From: Narcine bancroftii
Lineage: Eukaryota
Direction: 5' to 3'
DNA length: 64,000 nucleotides
Assembly: GCF_036971445.1 (NCBI RefSeq)
Contig: NC_091476.1
Location: 148,676,001-148,740,000, forward strand
Shown here: positions 38,201 through 53,800 of the stretch, one piece after another
Layout of the letters: every line of letters begins with the position of its first letter
Position numbering within the stretch: the first letter of the stretch is position 1
The notes under the pieces: generated by a model
Told to the model about the DNA's origin: nothing
Database searches by the model: none
The model's input: only the letters and a program-made list of their open reading frames with translations
Made by a program: the position numbers and the translations under genes

Positions 38201-41200
38201 ACTGGGGTTCCAATTCCGTGCTGTCTGTAAGGAATTTGTATGTTCTCCCTATATCTGTGTGGGTTTTCCTCGGGGGCTTTGGTTTCCTCCCACCATTTGA
38301 AACTAACCAGGGTGTAGGTTAATTGGGTGTAAATTGTGTGGCATGAACTCGTGGGCCAAAATGGGCTGTTATTGTGCTGTATATCTACATTTAAAAAAAT
38401 TAAATAAATACTAAATAAAGGGATTACGTTTAAAATTAACTTAAAAAAAGTGCAGAGAGAGTTTGAAATACTTTGTTCCAATATTTCTCAAGATTCTGAC
38501 AGATCTATGGATTAATGAGGCATCTCTATTGTTGCATTTATCACAATGAGGAGATACATAGGCATAAAAATGAGATAGTTTGAGTTTGGATATGTGAGCC
38601 CTAAGGACTATGTTTAATTGTAGGGGAGAGAGGTGGGCACATAAAGAAGAGATATTAACCAATTTGAAAATTATATTCCAAGTTTCTTCAGCTGCAGGTC
38701 CCATTCCCAGGCTTTTTAAATTTTATCGGAGGGAGCCTTTCTTATTCCCAACAACACATCATAAATGTTAGATATTGAACCAAAGGTTGTAAATTAAAAA
38801 TTACATCAATTAAATTCTTATCCACCCTTTTAGGAAATGTATGTAATTGAGATTGTAAAAAATCTCTAATCTGTAGATAATGAAAAAAATGAGTATATAG
38901 TAAATTAACTGCATCTCGATTTTCCACAATGCAAACCCTTCATAAAAATTGAAATAATTTGTTATTTCTTTGGCAACTTGTTTCTTCTCTCCCTCAGAAA
39001 TTCTGTCAAAAGTATATTCTTCTTCAGTCTCTCAATTTCTTTGGTAGCGATTTGCAAATGTTGTAAAAGCAAATTTCCTTTAGCCAGACTGTAGATGCAG
39101 TGAAAGGAATATCCTTCATAACACTCATGCAGAAAGAAACAAAGTTAAAAGGGTGAATTATTGTCATTCTTCACAAGGAAGAAATTTTTAAAAAAAGTTG
39201 GACATTCAGGCAGTTAACCTGATATCAAAATTAGGAAAAGAAATACTCAAATATTTTATTCAGGAAGTTGCTAAGACAAGTACTTAGATTGGAAAGAGTT
39301 AACATGGATTTGCAAAAGGGAAGTCATGGTTCAGCAAAGTTATTTGTTTTTGAAGTAGTAAAACAGATGAGAAAAAAACTGTTTTTTTTCCAAAATAAAA
39401 CATAGTTAGGCTCTCAGTAGGCTTTTGATAAGGTAGTATGCAAAAGATCTTATAAATAAATACATGGCATTGGGCTTATATATAGATGTGGATGGAGACC
39501 ACATCTGAAATATTGTGTCGAGCAGCCATTCTCAAACTTTTTCTGGCTATGGCCCCCTTAAAACTCTGATAAAAGTTTATGGCCCCTTCTCTGTGAAGCA
39601 GTCAAAATTTGGTTTCTTTGGACACATAAAAATCGTTTAAAAAATTTGTTACTCAAGATGAAAAGAAAACGAGGCTTTTACATAAAAGTGCTGTGCCGCA
39701 TGGTGGGGCTGTGTGACCCCTGGTGAGAATGATTGGTGTAGAGGTTTGATCTTCCCATCAAAGGAAGGATATATATGTGACAGAGGGAATACAGCAAAAT
39801 ATTAACCAAATGGATTGCTGGGATGGGGATGAGTGTCCTGAAGAAGGATTAAGCAGACCTCGTTTCAAAAAAATATAAGTTCTTGTTGAAACATACAATA
39901 TTCTTGGGTGCCCAGAGAGAAGATGCAAGATGTTCTACCAAAAAAAGGGATAGGTCATTCACAACAGAGAGGGGAAAGAATTCATTCACTTGGAGGATCA
40001 TAAATTGCTGGGATTAAAAAAAAAACCAGAGCAATGTGGGGACTCAGTCAATAAGACCATTTAAAACAAAGGTTGATTGGCTTTAAATGTCAAGGGGGGG
40101 GAAAAAGGAGGTTAATACAAGGAAATAACATTGATGTAAAGTAATCACTAAAGCTAGTGTATGGCAGAGCAAAGAGGCCCAAGGGAAACCGAAGTGGACC
40201 ACTATGTTTTCTGAAAGATTTAAATGGTTAAGTTGCTCTTCATTCTTTAAAAAACTCAAAAACATTAACTAGGACACATATATTGTATTATTTTATAGAA
40301 GATTGGCTCCATATATTTATCTGAACAAAGAGTAAAAGGTGGAAAGATACATTTAACTTTGATGGAAGATAAATACTGGTACCAAGTACAAAAGGAACTC
40401 AGCAGGTCAAACAGTCTACTTTATGTAGCAATGATAAAGATACATAACCAACTTTTCGGGCTTGAGTTCTCATCAAGGTATGAGCAAAATGTAGCCAGGC
40501 ACCTGAACCGCCATATAAAGTACACAATGCTTGTCCATATTTTGCTCATGTATGTTACATTCTAAATGAAGTATTACGTAACAACAATGGATCCTTTTAT
40601 CTTACCTTTGGAACTAATAAGCATTCCCTTAGGGGTCAATTTTTGTTTTACAGCATTTTATGTGGTCCGACAATGGCCAGGTTTCAACATCGCCGGGTAA
40701 AAGAGGTGAAACCTGTACACTGTTTGACCTGCTGTGGTCCTCCAACATTATATTTTTAATCTACAACACATGTCCTTTAACCTTTGCAATATCTAGTACC
40801 TTTCATAGGGACCCAAAGGAAAATTTTGTGAGCTATTAAAACAAGGTGATCATCTGGAAAACATTTGTTCAAATTAAATTATATTACATTAATATCTGAA
40901 AATATGATACTCTAACAACATTTGCATTTCTTACCTTCAAAACCATAACTGTTATGAACATAAATGAATATATAATCAATGTTTTGCTGGACCCTGGGCC
41001 AAAAATAGCATCTCTTTCTGGGAAAAAAAACTTCACAAGGAAAATATAAGTTATTTAAAAATACAAGATATATTTAAATAAACATAAAAGCTAAAAAAAA
41101 AACAAGACATATCGAGCACAAATTCTTCATACAATTCTTCTTTTCACTTAAAAAAAAGTTTAATGGAGTTACTAATGTGACGGGCCCAGCAGCAATAGAA

Positions 41201-41830
41201 ATTCACTAAGACAAATGGTTACTTAAGCAAAAGTTACTTTTAATTTTCTTTAAAACATAAAAACAGGATCAAACTTATTACTATTAACTTAACCAACTTT
41301 AACCCCTCCCTTCTAATTCTAAGTGCATGTGTGTGTAATGTGTGTATAAGTTCTGAAAAGTTCTTTGATTCACAGTCCAATCTCATTTCTCACTCCTCCA
41401 AGTTCACTGATATCAGGCAATTCTCATATTGTGCACAGAATTTAACATTTATGAATCTTCACCAGGCTTTGGTGTTTGAAAGATAATGATTGCCACTCAG
41501 GAAGGTTCTTGTCAGTTTTCAGAGAGAGATTTGTTGCTTGTTTGACACAAACTGATTCCTTCCAATAGCCACTTCAGTGTCTTGCTGAAGAAACTTGTCC
41601 CATCAGGGTTTTCCAGATGGTAACCTCTGTCTTTCAGGTCACCATAGAGTTCCTTTTCTGCTTCCCTTATCTCAGGCAAAACACCACACAGCCAGCCATC
41701 TCCTCTTGTAAGGACCACAAGGACTTTAAAAAAGCTGAACTAAAGATTCACAATCCATCTTCAAAATGTTTTTTTCCACAAGCTTGCCAGCTTGTCATGT
41801 TCCAGTCCTGCTGAACTGCAGAAATGAATT

Positions 41831-41865
<35 letters not shown>

Positions 41866-44800
41866 CATTCTTCAAAGGTTTTGCAAAAGCACTCGGAGCC
41901 TGCACTGTCTGGCTTGAGCAGAGCTCCGGGATTGTAAATGAGATCTATTTTGAAGTGTTTTTTATCTGTGTGTGACCTAACTAAAAACCCCACAATTTAT
42001 CTCCTTTAAAACTTATCTATATACAATATAAAATATAACATAATCCATCACACTAATTATTAGCACTGTAACTTCAGTGGATGTCAAGCCAAACCCCCCA
42101 AAAAATAAAAAAAATTAAGAAGGACGTGAATAAACAAACATGTGGATGACTTCACGTAAAGAAGAAAGAAGCATATTTTATTTCACCTGGGGAAATAAAT
42201 TCCACATTTGCAGAAAAGTGACAGTATGCATATCTCTTCAAAATGTTGATCCAGCAGAGTGCCAAAATAGATCTTGATATTGGAATTTCTGCATTATTAT
42301 GACAATGACAGAACACAAACCCATTCTAAGATCAAGAATGTGAAATTACATACCTTTCAAGAAGCCTCAAAAACTAATATTTAAAACATTCCAATTCCCA
42401 GAAGAGTGAAATTAACCAAGTGAGCGAATGAATATTAACCAAGTCAAAAACAGATTAATGGAAGTAACTGGAAGAAAGTAGGTTTTAAGGAGACAATGAG
42501 GTCGAAAACAGACAAATTTAGGAGGGGAAATGTCACAGTGTGGGATGCAGATGACTAAAAGCATTTCCATTGGTGATGGGGCAAAACACAAATGGACAAA
42601 TTGGAGGAATTTCTTGAAGGATTATAGGGCTGCAGGAGATTAAAATTGGTGTGAGCTAAACTTTGTGTGTTCTGAACAAGGTGAGATTTTAAAGTGAGAG
42701 GTGTGGGATCAGAGATGATTGTTACCATAGTGCCAATTGACGAGAAGGATCTAACATGAGCTCATATAACCATATAAGCATATAACCATTTACGGAGCGG
42801 AAACAGGCCATGTCGGCCTTTCAAATCCGCACCGGTTCACTAGAACAACTCCACTAGCTCAAACCTCCCGCTCACTGCCAATAAACCTCCAACCCCCTCA
42901 CCTCCATGTACACATCCAACCTTCTCTTAAATGACAGAAGGGACCCTGACGCAACTATCTCATTCAGAAGTTCATTCTATTCTGCCACCACTCGCTGAGT
43001 GAAAAAGCCACCTCTAATATTTCTCCTAAACTGTTGGCCTCTTGGTCCAACCTCCCCTGCCCTCAGGGGAAAGAGTCTGTTTATCTCTAGTCTATTTATT
43101 CCTTTCATAATTTTAAATACCTCTATCAAGTCCCCTCTCACTCGTCTACCTGCTGTGATTAGGTTAATTGGGCAGCATGAGCTCATGGGCTAGAAGAGCC
43201 ACTTACTGTGGTTTATCTAAAAAAAAATCTATCAAAAATAAATTTGATGATTTTCAATCAAACATTGATGTAGAATTTTTTTTTCCTGAGCAAAGCGCGT
43301 AGCACAGTTGTATATGTACTTAGATGAATGCACTTTATATTTGAATAATGCTTACTTATATCCAGACTAGTGGCTCAGGGCTTTAGTAGTAGATCACTTG
43401 CGGATGTAGGGATTAACGTCGAACATCACTGCACAGTACAGGCCCTTTGGCCCACAATTTTGTGCTAACTTTTTATATATATATATATATATGTGTGTGT
43501 ATCCTACCAAAAAAATCTAAACCCTCTCTACATTATAACCATCTATTTTTCTTTCATCCATGTGCCTGTCTAAGAGTCTCTTAAATGCCCCTATTGTTCC
43601 AGCCTCCACCACCATCCTTGGCAATGCATTCCAGGCCCCCATAACTCTCTGTGCAAAAAACATCCCTGATGGCTCCATTAAATTTTCCTCCCTTCACTTT
43701 GAACAGATGTCACTCTGGGGAAAAAAGGTGTTAGCTGTTTCCCTTATCTATGCCTCTCATAATCTTGTAATGTATTTTAAGTTTTCTCTCAACCTTCTTG
43801 GCTCCAAAGAGCAAAGCCCCGGGTCTGCTAACCTTGTCTCACAAGGCATATTTTCCAATCCAGATGAGGAAGTTGGGTAAACTGTACGTAGAGCTAGGGG
43901 CTAGTGTAAGTGTAGTTAGATCAGGCTTTGCAGCGTGGCGGTGAGACAGGACAGCAGGAAGAATAAATCGCAAAAGTTAGCCATGAATTGAACAAGATGT
44001 GCCTGAAAGCAGTGAAGGTCGCAGCCGCATCTGGAAGAACAATAGAGCATCTGTATGTGCACTGATCAGTACTAACTTAGAGATACTTTGTATATGTGAG
44101 GAACTTACTATTGGGTATTGATAAGCTGTGGTCTTTTATGATTGGCATAATATTATGTAATATGCTATGGATCAGGATAAAAGAGAATGTATTGTAGCTG
44201 TTCGGGGGAACTTTTATCACTGACTCCTGAATAGCATTCCAGTAGTAGCAGCGAGTAAAAGTGACTCAATCTGCAGAATAAAGAATGATCCAACCGTGAC
44301 TGTAGTTGAAGTCAGTCATTTTGTGCGATCACCCCATGGACCCGGAATCCACGTAGGTATCATCCTGGTAAATCTCCTCTGCACCCCCTCCATAGCTTCC
44401 ACATCCTTCCAATAATGAGATGTCTAGAACTAAACACAATATTCTAGGTGTGGTCTCACCAGAGATTTATAGAGCTGCAACATTACCTCATGACTCCTGA
44501 ACTCAATCCTCCAACAAACCAAGCCCAGCGTTCCACTGACCTTCTTATCTATCCTATCAACCTGCGCAGTAACCTTGAGAGATCTATAGATTTGGACTCC
44601 AAGGTCCCTCTGTTCCTCCACACTGTAAAGTAACTGACCATTAACCATGTACTCTGCCTTCAAGTTTGATCTTCCAAAATGCATCCCCTCACACTTATCT
44701 GGATTGAACTCCATCTGCCACCTTTCCATCCAAATCTGCATCCCGTCTACATACTGCAACTTTCCCTTCTATGACAACTTTCAACACTCCACTACACCTC

Positions 44801-47800
44801 CAACCTTCGCAAACTTACTGACCCATCTCTTTACTCCTTTGTCCAGGTCATTTAATAAAAAAAATTACAAAGAGCAGGATCTCAGAACAGATCCCCGCAG
44901 AACTCCACTAGTCACTGACCTCCAGCCAGAATACTTTCAATCCTCTGCTACTCTCTGCTTTCTACAGGCAATACAATTCTGAATCCACACAGCCAAGGTT
45001 CCAAGACTTTCTGAACGAGTCTTCCATGGGAGACCTTGTCAAGTGCCTTAATAAAATCTATACATTTACTGCCCTACCTTCATCAACTTCTTTTGTTACC
45101 ACCTCAAAGAATTCAATTTAGGTTCATGAGGCACGACGAGTGTTAAGTCACATGTGGGAATAGATATTTTGTTACAGAGAGAATAATGGAATCAAAAACC
45201 TAACTCAAGATGAAATAGAATGACCACATTTACAACAGACTGGGTCAGTTTGTAGTAACACACTGAAAGGAATCAATTTCTCTCAAAATGATGAAGCGGA
45301 GGCAAAGTCATTTGATTTCAGTTTTTTTCAATTACTGCTTCATTGTAATTTGAACAGTTTCCTATTAATTCTGCAGATTAGTTCTGCTTCCATGGGAAGT
45401 TTGTTGACTATATTGGGCAGGTCATGTTGTTTCCCTATCCCAGACCAAATGACCAAAAAAAAGCACCATTATTCCCAGCTCTGCCACCCATAGCGTCAAA
45501 CAAGAAGCTAGAGGAATAGACGGGAAAGTTGAAGTTTCTAGAGCAGCCATTCTCAATTCTTTTTTTGGTCATACACCCTCCCTCCCCTTTGGACTCTGCT
45601 CAAAGTTTATGGGCCCCCTTCCCTGTGAAGCAGTTTTTTAGATGGTTTCTTCGATACTTCTCTCTTACCAACTACAATGGAAACCCATTTAAGACGATGG
45701 TTAGGGTCCAAAAAAAATTGGATCCCGAAAAAGATTGGGATCATGATAAACAGAGTTTTCAAAAAAATAAAGAACACTTGTATAATATCTGTATTTGCAA
45801 TCTTTTTATTTCTTACAATCATCATTTTTTTTCTTAAAAAATCGATTTAATATTCATTGCCTGAACGCAGCAGGTCGCTGGTGACGAGTGAAATCCAAAA
45901 TACTTCTAAACTGGAGGATTTTTATGTGGTCCACATCCTGGGTCTCCAGCCAACATAGGCTGGCCTCAAGGTATCAATGGCTTCAGACACTTTTGGAGGT
46001 GGGGGCGGAGGTTCCTCATTATCATCCTACTGTGGTTTGGGAACCGGTGCTGTAGTAACGTTCTAGATGATCTCAGAGTCCATCAGAAATCAGGCATTCA
46101 TCATCGGCAGAGTATCAGATGAAAATCCTCTTTGCTGATTTCAAACAGCCTCTGTGCCTCACCCACCTCTTCATCTGTGAAGCTGTAGAATACTTGCTCA
46201 TCATCTTCATCTTCCCTGGTGGAATGTCGTGATGAAAACGCTGGACCCAGACTTTTCTCCCAGCATTTCTCAGGACACGAGGAGCCAAATGCTGCCCAGC
46301 CCTTCCCAACCAAATAGCAAAACATTCATGCTTTTCAGATAGTCTTCCAGCATTGTTAACCATACAATATGGTTATGGCACGACATGGAAACAGGCCATC
46401 TCGGCCATACAAGTCCATGCCGGTTCACTCAAACAACTCTGCTAGCTCCCCCCCGCCTATTCTCCACCCATAACCCTCTAAAAAGAGAAGATGGTGTGAG
46501 TTTTGATGAGTGATAAAGCAATACACGTTGATAAGAGTGGAATAATACACAAGCAAGGGTACACCAGTAAAAACAAACTAATGAATACAAACTAGAGTGG
46601 AATACAATAGAAAAAAACATTTGAAAATGGGAAATCCAAAATCATGAAAAATCAGCACTTACCACGTTTTGAACATAATGGTTCGCATGCACGTACTCTG
46701 GTAGTTCAACATAGACACCAAGTACCTCTATGCAATAGATTATGAAGTCCACCACCAGGTAAATTATAAATGGAATCAGAAAATGAGTGTAGTACTAGAT
46801 CAGAAAATAAACATGGGGAGAAAAATCAATAGCATAACCAAGCTCCCCATGCCTGTGATGGTTGGTAAATTGAAGGGTAATGAAATAATCATGCAAAGAA
46901 ATACTTCATACTTAGTTGCCAGCATAATTCATTAAAAATGACCAAATTAGTGGAAGGGTTTGTACCATTTCATATGCATGCTCCATTAACAAAAAGTTAG
47001 TTTTGTCAATGCACCAGAGAATTGTCCTATCCACTAAATCGCCATAGTGAGCGCCAATCAACTACAGAGATTTGGATGTACACCTTTCAGAATACTTTAA
47101 GGGTTATAATTTTTAGAAAGGGAAAGGTTTCAAAAAGTTGATTTATAAATTAGATATCGCCAATGGTCATAATCACAATTCATTACAGAAGGCTAACTCT
47201 TCCAATACCAGGCCTAGTGGTTTGAATTAATTCACTTCTTTGTTTTTTAGTTCTTTTCACCACCTTAAGGAATGTCACCATAAATGACTATTAGGTGATT
47301 GAATTCTTTGGTCCGGCAGATAAAGGCCCAAGGTAGTAAGGCATTGCAAGGAGCATAACCCATCACTGAATAAAAGTACCTTGCATCTATCCTTTAAAAA
47401 AATCATCATATCCCACACGCAATGTGCAAATGACATAGTTCTGTTATTGTAAGGGGGCTACAACATTGAAAAATATTAGAAATATTGTTCCTGGGAGTCC
47501 ACACCTGGAGTACTGGACACAATTTTAAAATCTGATTTCTGAAAGGATATACAGGGAATCCAAATTATAAATGACAAACCTACATATCTTTGACTTTACA
47601 AGAAGTATATGATGAAGTTTCAAACAATTTTTCTGCAGAGTTTCACAGGCAAGCCCATAAGGCAAATTAAGTGATTGGGAGCTGGCGGTGCCACCAGAGC
47701 CTAACATGCAGCTTGTATGTTATCAAGGTAAAGAGGATAGTTTGAGCAGAAATTAATAGTTCAAGACACTGTCCCAAGTGGCTGATTTGCCCTCATTTTC

Positions 47801-50800
47801 TTAGCAGTTTAGGTGGAGGTAAAATTAGAGGTTCTCAGCAGGGGAGTTAAAGTCGTGTTCAATTCAACGTTTATTCATCACCCAATATCATCAAACGCAA
47901 ATCCCTGGTTTTCTTTTTTAACCCTGAATTGGCTTCTTTTTAAAAAAAAAGAAAATGAAGAAAAGAGTGACTCTGGCATTGTAAGTGTTCCAGGTTGAGA
48001 AAGATGTCAAATCAAAATTTCCAGGGGCACTTCCTTATGTATTTTGCGATGGAGGCTGCCAGACCTGGAGATTTATCAAGTCCCTAATAATATAAATTCT
48101 ATTTAGTTCTTCCCTATCATTAGATCCTGTGCATCCCAACATTTCGGAGGTAATTTGTATCCTTACTTATGAAGACAAAACCAAAGTAGGAATTTAATCA
48201 AACTTCCAGTTTTGTTCTAATTACAAATTTATCCATTACTTATTGTAGGGCCCTACATTTGTCTTCACCAAGCTTTCTCTTTACATATCTACCAAGCTGT
48301 TACAGTCAGTGCTGATAAAATCTTTTTAGTATGTACAAAAAAGATGCTGGCTTTGAATCATTTAAACACATTTATTGCACGTAAAGTCTTGATGTTTACT
48401 AGATATCTGGTAGATCCTTACCTTAATAATTGCATAAGTTCCTAAGCCACAGATGGCAGTCACGAAAATGTCAAAAATTAGAGATGTAAAACTGTCCACT
48501 GAAAGACACAGTACATTTATATATATTAATTGGAAATGTTTGTAGATAATGTAGACACATTCTAACAATAATTAAATCAAACAAAATATTGCTCAGGAGT
48601 GAAGAAACTATTATCCAACATTAAAGTATCATCCACAGAAACACATTTTAATTGAACATACACAAGTACTGGAGAAACTCAGCAGGTCATGTGGCATTCT
48701 TTATATGTCAAAGATACATTACCAAGATTTTTGGAACAGAATCCTTTGTCAAGGTGTGAACAAAAACCAGGCTGGCATCTGAATAAAAGGTGGGGTGAAG
48801 GGCAGGGGGGAGGAGGACAGACAAGAAGTCAAAGATAAATGGGTGAAAGGGCAATTAGAGAGAAGGGATGAGTGGACGAGGGAGTCATGGAGGGAGTGGT
48901 CCCTGTGGAAGGTGAAGATGGGAAGTTGTGTCTGGGGAGATCATGTTGTAGCTGGCGGAAAGTCCTTGTAGCATCTAGTTGTGGGGGCGGGGGGGTGAGG
49001 TGGTGGGGGCCAGGGCAGATGTACAGGAAATGGAGGAGAGGTGAGCGAGGGCTGAGTTGATGGGGAAGCCATGTATTTTGAAGGAGGACATCTCAAATGA
49101 TCTGAAATGGAATACCTTATCCTGGGAGCAGATGCAACAGGGACTGAAGAATTAAGAGAAAGGAATAGAGTCCTTAGAAGGCACAGGTTGTGAACAGGTG
49201 TGTGGTCAAGTTAACTGTGGGAGTTGGTCGGTTTGTAGAAAATATCAGTCCAGCATTTGTTTCTTGAGATGGAGATTGAGAGATCGAGAAAGGGGGAAAG
49301 AGTTAATAAGGATGGACCAAGTGAATTTGAGGTCAGGGTGAAAGCAGCAAAATCGCTAAAGTTGGTGAGCTCAGCATGAGTGCATGAGGCAACACCAATC
49401 TAGTCATCAACGTAGCAGAGGAACAGTTGAGGAGCCTTGCCTGTGTAGGCATAGTATGGATTGTTTCACATGGCTGACAAAAAGGCAGGAATAGCTGAGA
49501 CCTAAATAGATATCCATGGCTTCCCCTTTGATTTAGAGAAAGTGGTATGAGTTATCATAATTGAGTTAGTTAATGCCATAGTTCAGGTTTATTATCATCT
49601 GACTGCACCTGTTTCTCCAGACCATGATGCACACACACTATACATAATAAATCACATCGGTATTTTGGGATTATTTACTCGAAACAGGATAATCTTCATC
49701 AATTTCACTGCATGCAGGAAGAATGTTCTGATTTTGATGCCACATTACTTTCTTCTTGATCATAGTGGATCAAAGATACGATGTGTTAAATGGAAAGGAT
49801 CCTCAGTAATTCCTTGAGTCCCTCCCAGAAAATGTCATCCATAGAGGAAAGGGAGACTCCGGTGATCTTCTCAGCCGTTTTGATGATCCACTGTATTGAC
49901 CTCCAATATGATGCTTTGCAGGTGCCATACCACACAATGATGTAATATACTCCCTCCAATATGATGCTTTGCAGGTGCCATACCACACAATGATGTAATA
50001 TACACTCAATTGTGCTACTGTAAAATGTTGTCAAGATGGGGGTAGTAGCCTTGCCCTCTCAACCTCCTGAGGAAGTGTAGGTGCTCCTGACTAATGGAGT
50101 GGGGCTGTGGGCCAGGATAGGAACTTGTTGTTCTCCATTGTCCACAACAGACCCATTCATGTGCAATGGAGTGTGGTCAACCTTTTTTCTCCTGAAGTTC
50201 ACGATCATCTCCATTGTCTTGTCCACATTGAGAATCAGGTCGTTACCCTTGCACCATTTTGCGCGCCTCCCCACCTCTTCTCTGCAAGCTGGCTCATCAT
50301 TGTTGATGATGAGGCCAACCAACCACTGTTGGTATTATCTGCAAACTTGATTCTGTTTGAACTGAATCTGGCAGTGCAGTCATCAGTCAGCAGCATGAAC
50401 TGTATAGCAGGCTAAGCACACAGCCCTGAGGTGTGCCAGTGCGAAGTGTGATAGGACTTGAGAATTTGTTACCAATTGGATTATCTATGGCCGCTCAAGC
50501 AAGAAGCCCAGAATCCAATAGTTGAATTAGCCTACATTTTAATAATTCCAAAGTTAGAAAATGAAATAGTATTTGAAAGAAAATTACCATGCACTATTAT
50601 TGCTTCTTTGCAACCTCAAGATAATCCTTACATGTTCTGCAACTAATGAGGTGCATTACTCCTTTGATAACATTTTTTTTAGGAATGTTAATTGAGGGAG
50701 AAGGATAGCCCAAGACTATCTGGGAATAAATGCATTTAAATAGTGTCACAGAATATTTTATGCCCATTTGAGGGGGCAGTTGGAATTTCAATTCCACATC

Positions 50801-53800
50801 TCATCCAAAAGAAAGAAGCAGACGGCAATGCACTTTTTTAGAACTATGCTGGAATGTCAGTCTGAATGTTTGCACTGGTCTCCAAACCTACAACTCCAAG
50901 TCAGAGGTACTCAAATCCCCAATGCTATTTTATTACAGTAGAAGTCTGAAAATCTGAACTGCTTGTGGTTTGGGTCAGTCCGGATTTTCAGATTTTCTGA
51001 ATCCTCAGTCAGTACTTTTAAAATACAGATTGAAGCAAAGATGAACAGGTAAACTTTGATAGTTTATTCATTAGCAAATACAGCATGATTCATTTCTAAA
51101 AGCTTTATAAAGCTTGTTGACGTGCACACATACAAAAGCCTGGTAAATGTAAAGAGTTTGAGAGTTTTCAAAGAGTCCGGATTCTTGGGTGGTTCAGATT
51201 TCTAGCATCCAGATTTTTGGACCCATACAGTATACATTTTACAAGCAGCAGATATTTAAACCTGCTTATCAAGGCCACAAAATTAATTTAAAAGGGATAC
51301 TCAGATCACATCTACTGCATTAAATGCAGAGCAGGACACTCAGGATATGTGGATCAGCATCCTTCATTAATTTAGCAATAGCTGCCAAAATAAATCACTG
51401 TAGCAGGTCTTTTTCATTCTCCAGATGATCCACAATTCGAAAAGAAGTTGACACTTGTGAAAAATACTATTTCCTCATTAAAAAAATCATAAAATCAAGA
51501 TAAAACACACAAAGTATTTACCTACCTCTGTGAAAAGAGCCTTCAAAATGAAGACCAATCAAAGAAACATCGACTTTTGAATCTGGCCGAAATAATCTCA
51601 CCAGTTCAAATCCAGCCATTACTGTCCAAGTGACCTGTTGGAAGACAAAGCATTTTGCTATCACCCAATGTATACATTAGCGGCAGTCATTGAATAAGCA
51701 TTAGCCAAAAGAGGTCACGTGTTCAAAAAGTGGAGAGATGATCTTTTGCAGTGATTTATCAAGCATCTACACAAATGAAAAACAATTAAATGCATTTTCA
51801 GAAGCATTATAAAGATAGATGGTCCAGTGGACTGCTGTAGGTCGGCTGAATTACCGTATTTTTATGCATATAATGCGTGAGTTATATGCTTATTTTACAA
51901 ACCTGGTACCTCCCCCCACCGTGCGTAATATGCGTATGCGCGGTATATGAGATTATTTTTACTTGTATAAAAAAGTGAACGTAATTGACCAGCCTCTGAT
52001 TCTAAAGTAAATTGTTTTTTAATTGCTTTAATTTAAAATAACCATATAACATCTTAAATAACAAGTTAAAAAGCTGGACCAACATGTTAAAGTCAAAAAA
52101 ACATATAACAATGAGTCTTCTTCATCATCATCCGTGACCCCTTCGAATCCTTCAGAGGCAGCTTGTTCACTCTCTTTGTTAAAATACTTTAGGTCGGCCT
52201 GGAACCTCATCTCTGTCGCTGCTTTGTTGTTATTTATGATGCCGGCTTTTCTGAATCCACTCCGGATAGTTTTTGGTGTAATCTTATCCCATGCTCTCGC
52301 AAACTTCAGTATAGGTTGCTCTTTTCAGCCGTTCAGCTGGGGTGAATTCATAAGTGCCATTCTGCATCCATTCCTCCCATTTTGATCTGATGAATATCTT
52401 GAATGGATGATTTACTGAAATGATCAGTGGCTGCAGTTTACGTGTCAACCCACCCAGAATTACTGCAAGGTGGGCGCCAACAGAATTTATAATACTTTGT
52501 GTTGAGTGTTTCTTGTGAGCTGCCAGGGTATCAAATAAGAGTAATGATTTCTTTGAAAAAAAAATTACCTGGCCTAGGCCTGTAACATCTTTCCATCCAC
52601 AGTTTCATAACTTTGGAGTCCATCCAACCTTTCTTGTTACAATGCACAATCACAGTATTGGGCATTTTTTCTCGCAGTAAAGTTACTCTTTTGAATATGG
52701 TCATTGGCTTCAATTTAGTGCCACTTGCAATGGAGCCAAGGACTACAGTAAAACATGAACTTTCATGATCGGTCACGGTTATGGCCATAGTTCTTGTGGC
52801 AAGAACGTCAAAGGCCATCCACGTTAATGACGTCTGCAGGTGTGATTTTAAGTTCACATACTTCATTGGGAATGAAAATCAATGATTTTTTTGTCCCCAA
52901 TCTTTTGGAAGTCACTGACCTACAGTTGTTCTAGTTCTTATCAACAATCTGTTTCCCTTCAATAACTTTGATATCCAGGGTAATCACATTTTGAAATCCT
53001 AGATGCCTCTTTCATGTGCCAATAGTCTTATTTTCATCTGAATGGCGACTGGAAGTACAGCCTGACTTTGTTCCATTTGACTAAGAACCCACTTCTTCAG
53101 TTCAGACTCTAACTGGCGCCATTAGCTTTGACATGTGCGTTTTCATGGATACATTCTTTCAAGCTCATTTTTATATTTCCTCCATTCATGACTGGATGAT
53201 TCACCAACTTTGAACTCTCTTGTTGGCGCTCCATTGCTAGTTTCTTTTGTTATGGTAACAACTTTCAGCTCAAAATTTTCAGTGTAAGATTTGCATTTGG
53301 CGCCGTGCATTGTGAACACAACTGGCACACAAGATCTCAAAGGTAGCACTAAATGCAATGGCCTTTTATACTTTTCTTCTTTGGCTTGGCTTCGCGGACG
53401 AAGATTTATGGAGGGGGTAAAAAGTACACGAATAGGCTGTTAATGTTATCTGCGCATGAAGGAACGTGCATAATTTAAAGCTAGTGTGGGAATCTACTGG
53501 TATCAGCGGCAATAAAAGAACACACTCAATTTAAAGCTAGCGTCGGAATTTGGTACATACAAAATGACAAAATTCAAATTTTTGATCTTGGTTTTCTCTT
53601 TGGCCAGAGTCCCATGGTATTCCACTAAACAGGACGTTCTGGCTAGGGCACTCCACCTTATCAATGCTAATTGCCCAGACCCATTCCGAGGGAGGAGATT
53701 AACAAGAAAAGGTTTATTTTAAAAAGAAAGGCTTTTAAAAATCATGACAGAATTAAAATCTTGCTTAACTCTGAAGCCTGTCTTTGATCTATTTAAATTG

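Noticed and set aside
40606-40712. Candidate LAPTM5 exon bounded by cag and GTAAGA
   Set aside because: In-frame stop in the required phase 0 and no family similarity.
42354-42468. Candidate extra LAPTM5 exon (ag...gt bounded, starts LLPLICF)
   Set aside because: Stops in all three frames.
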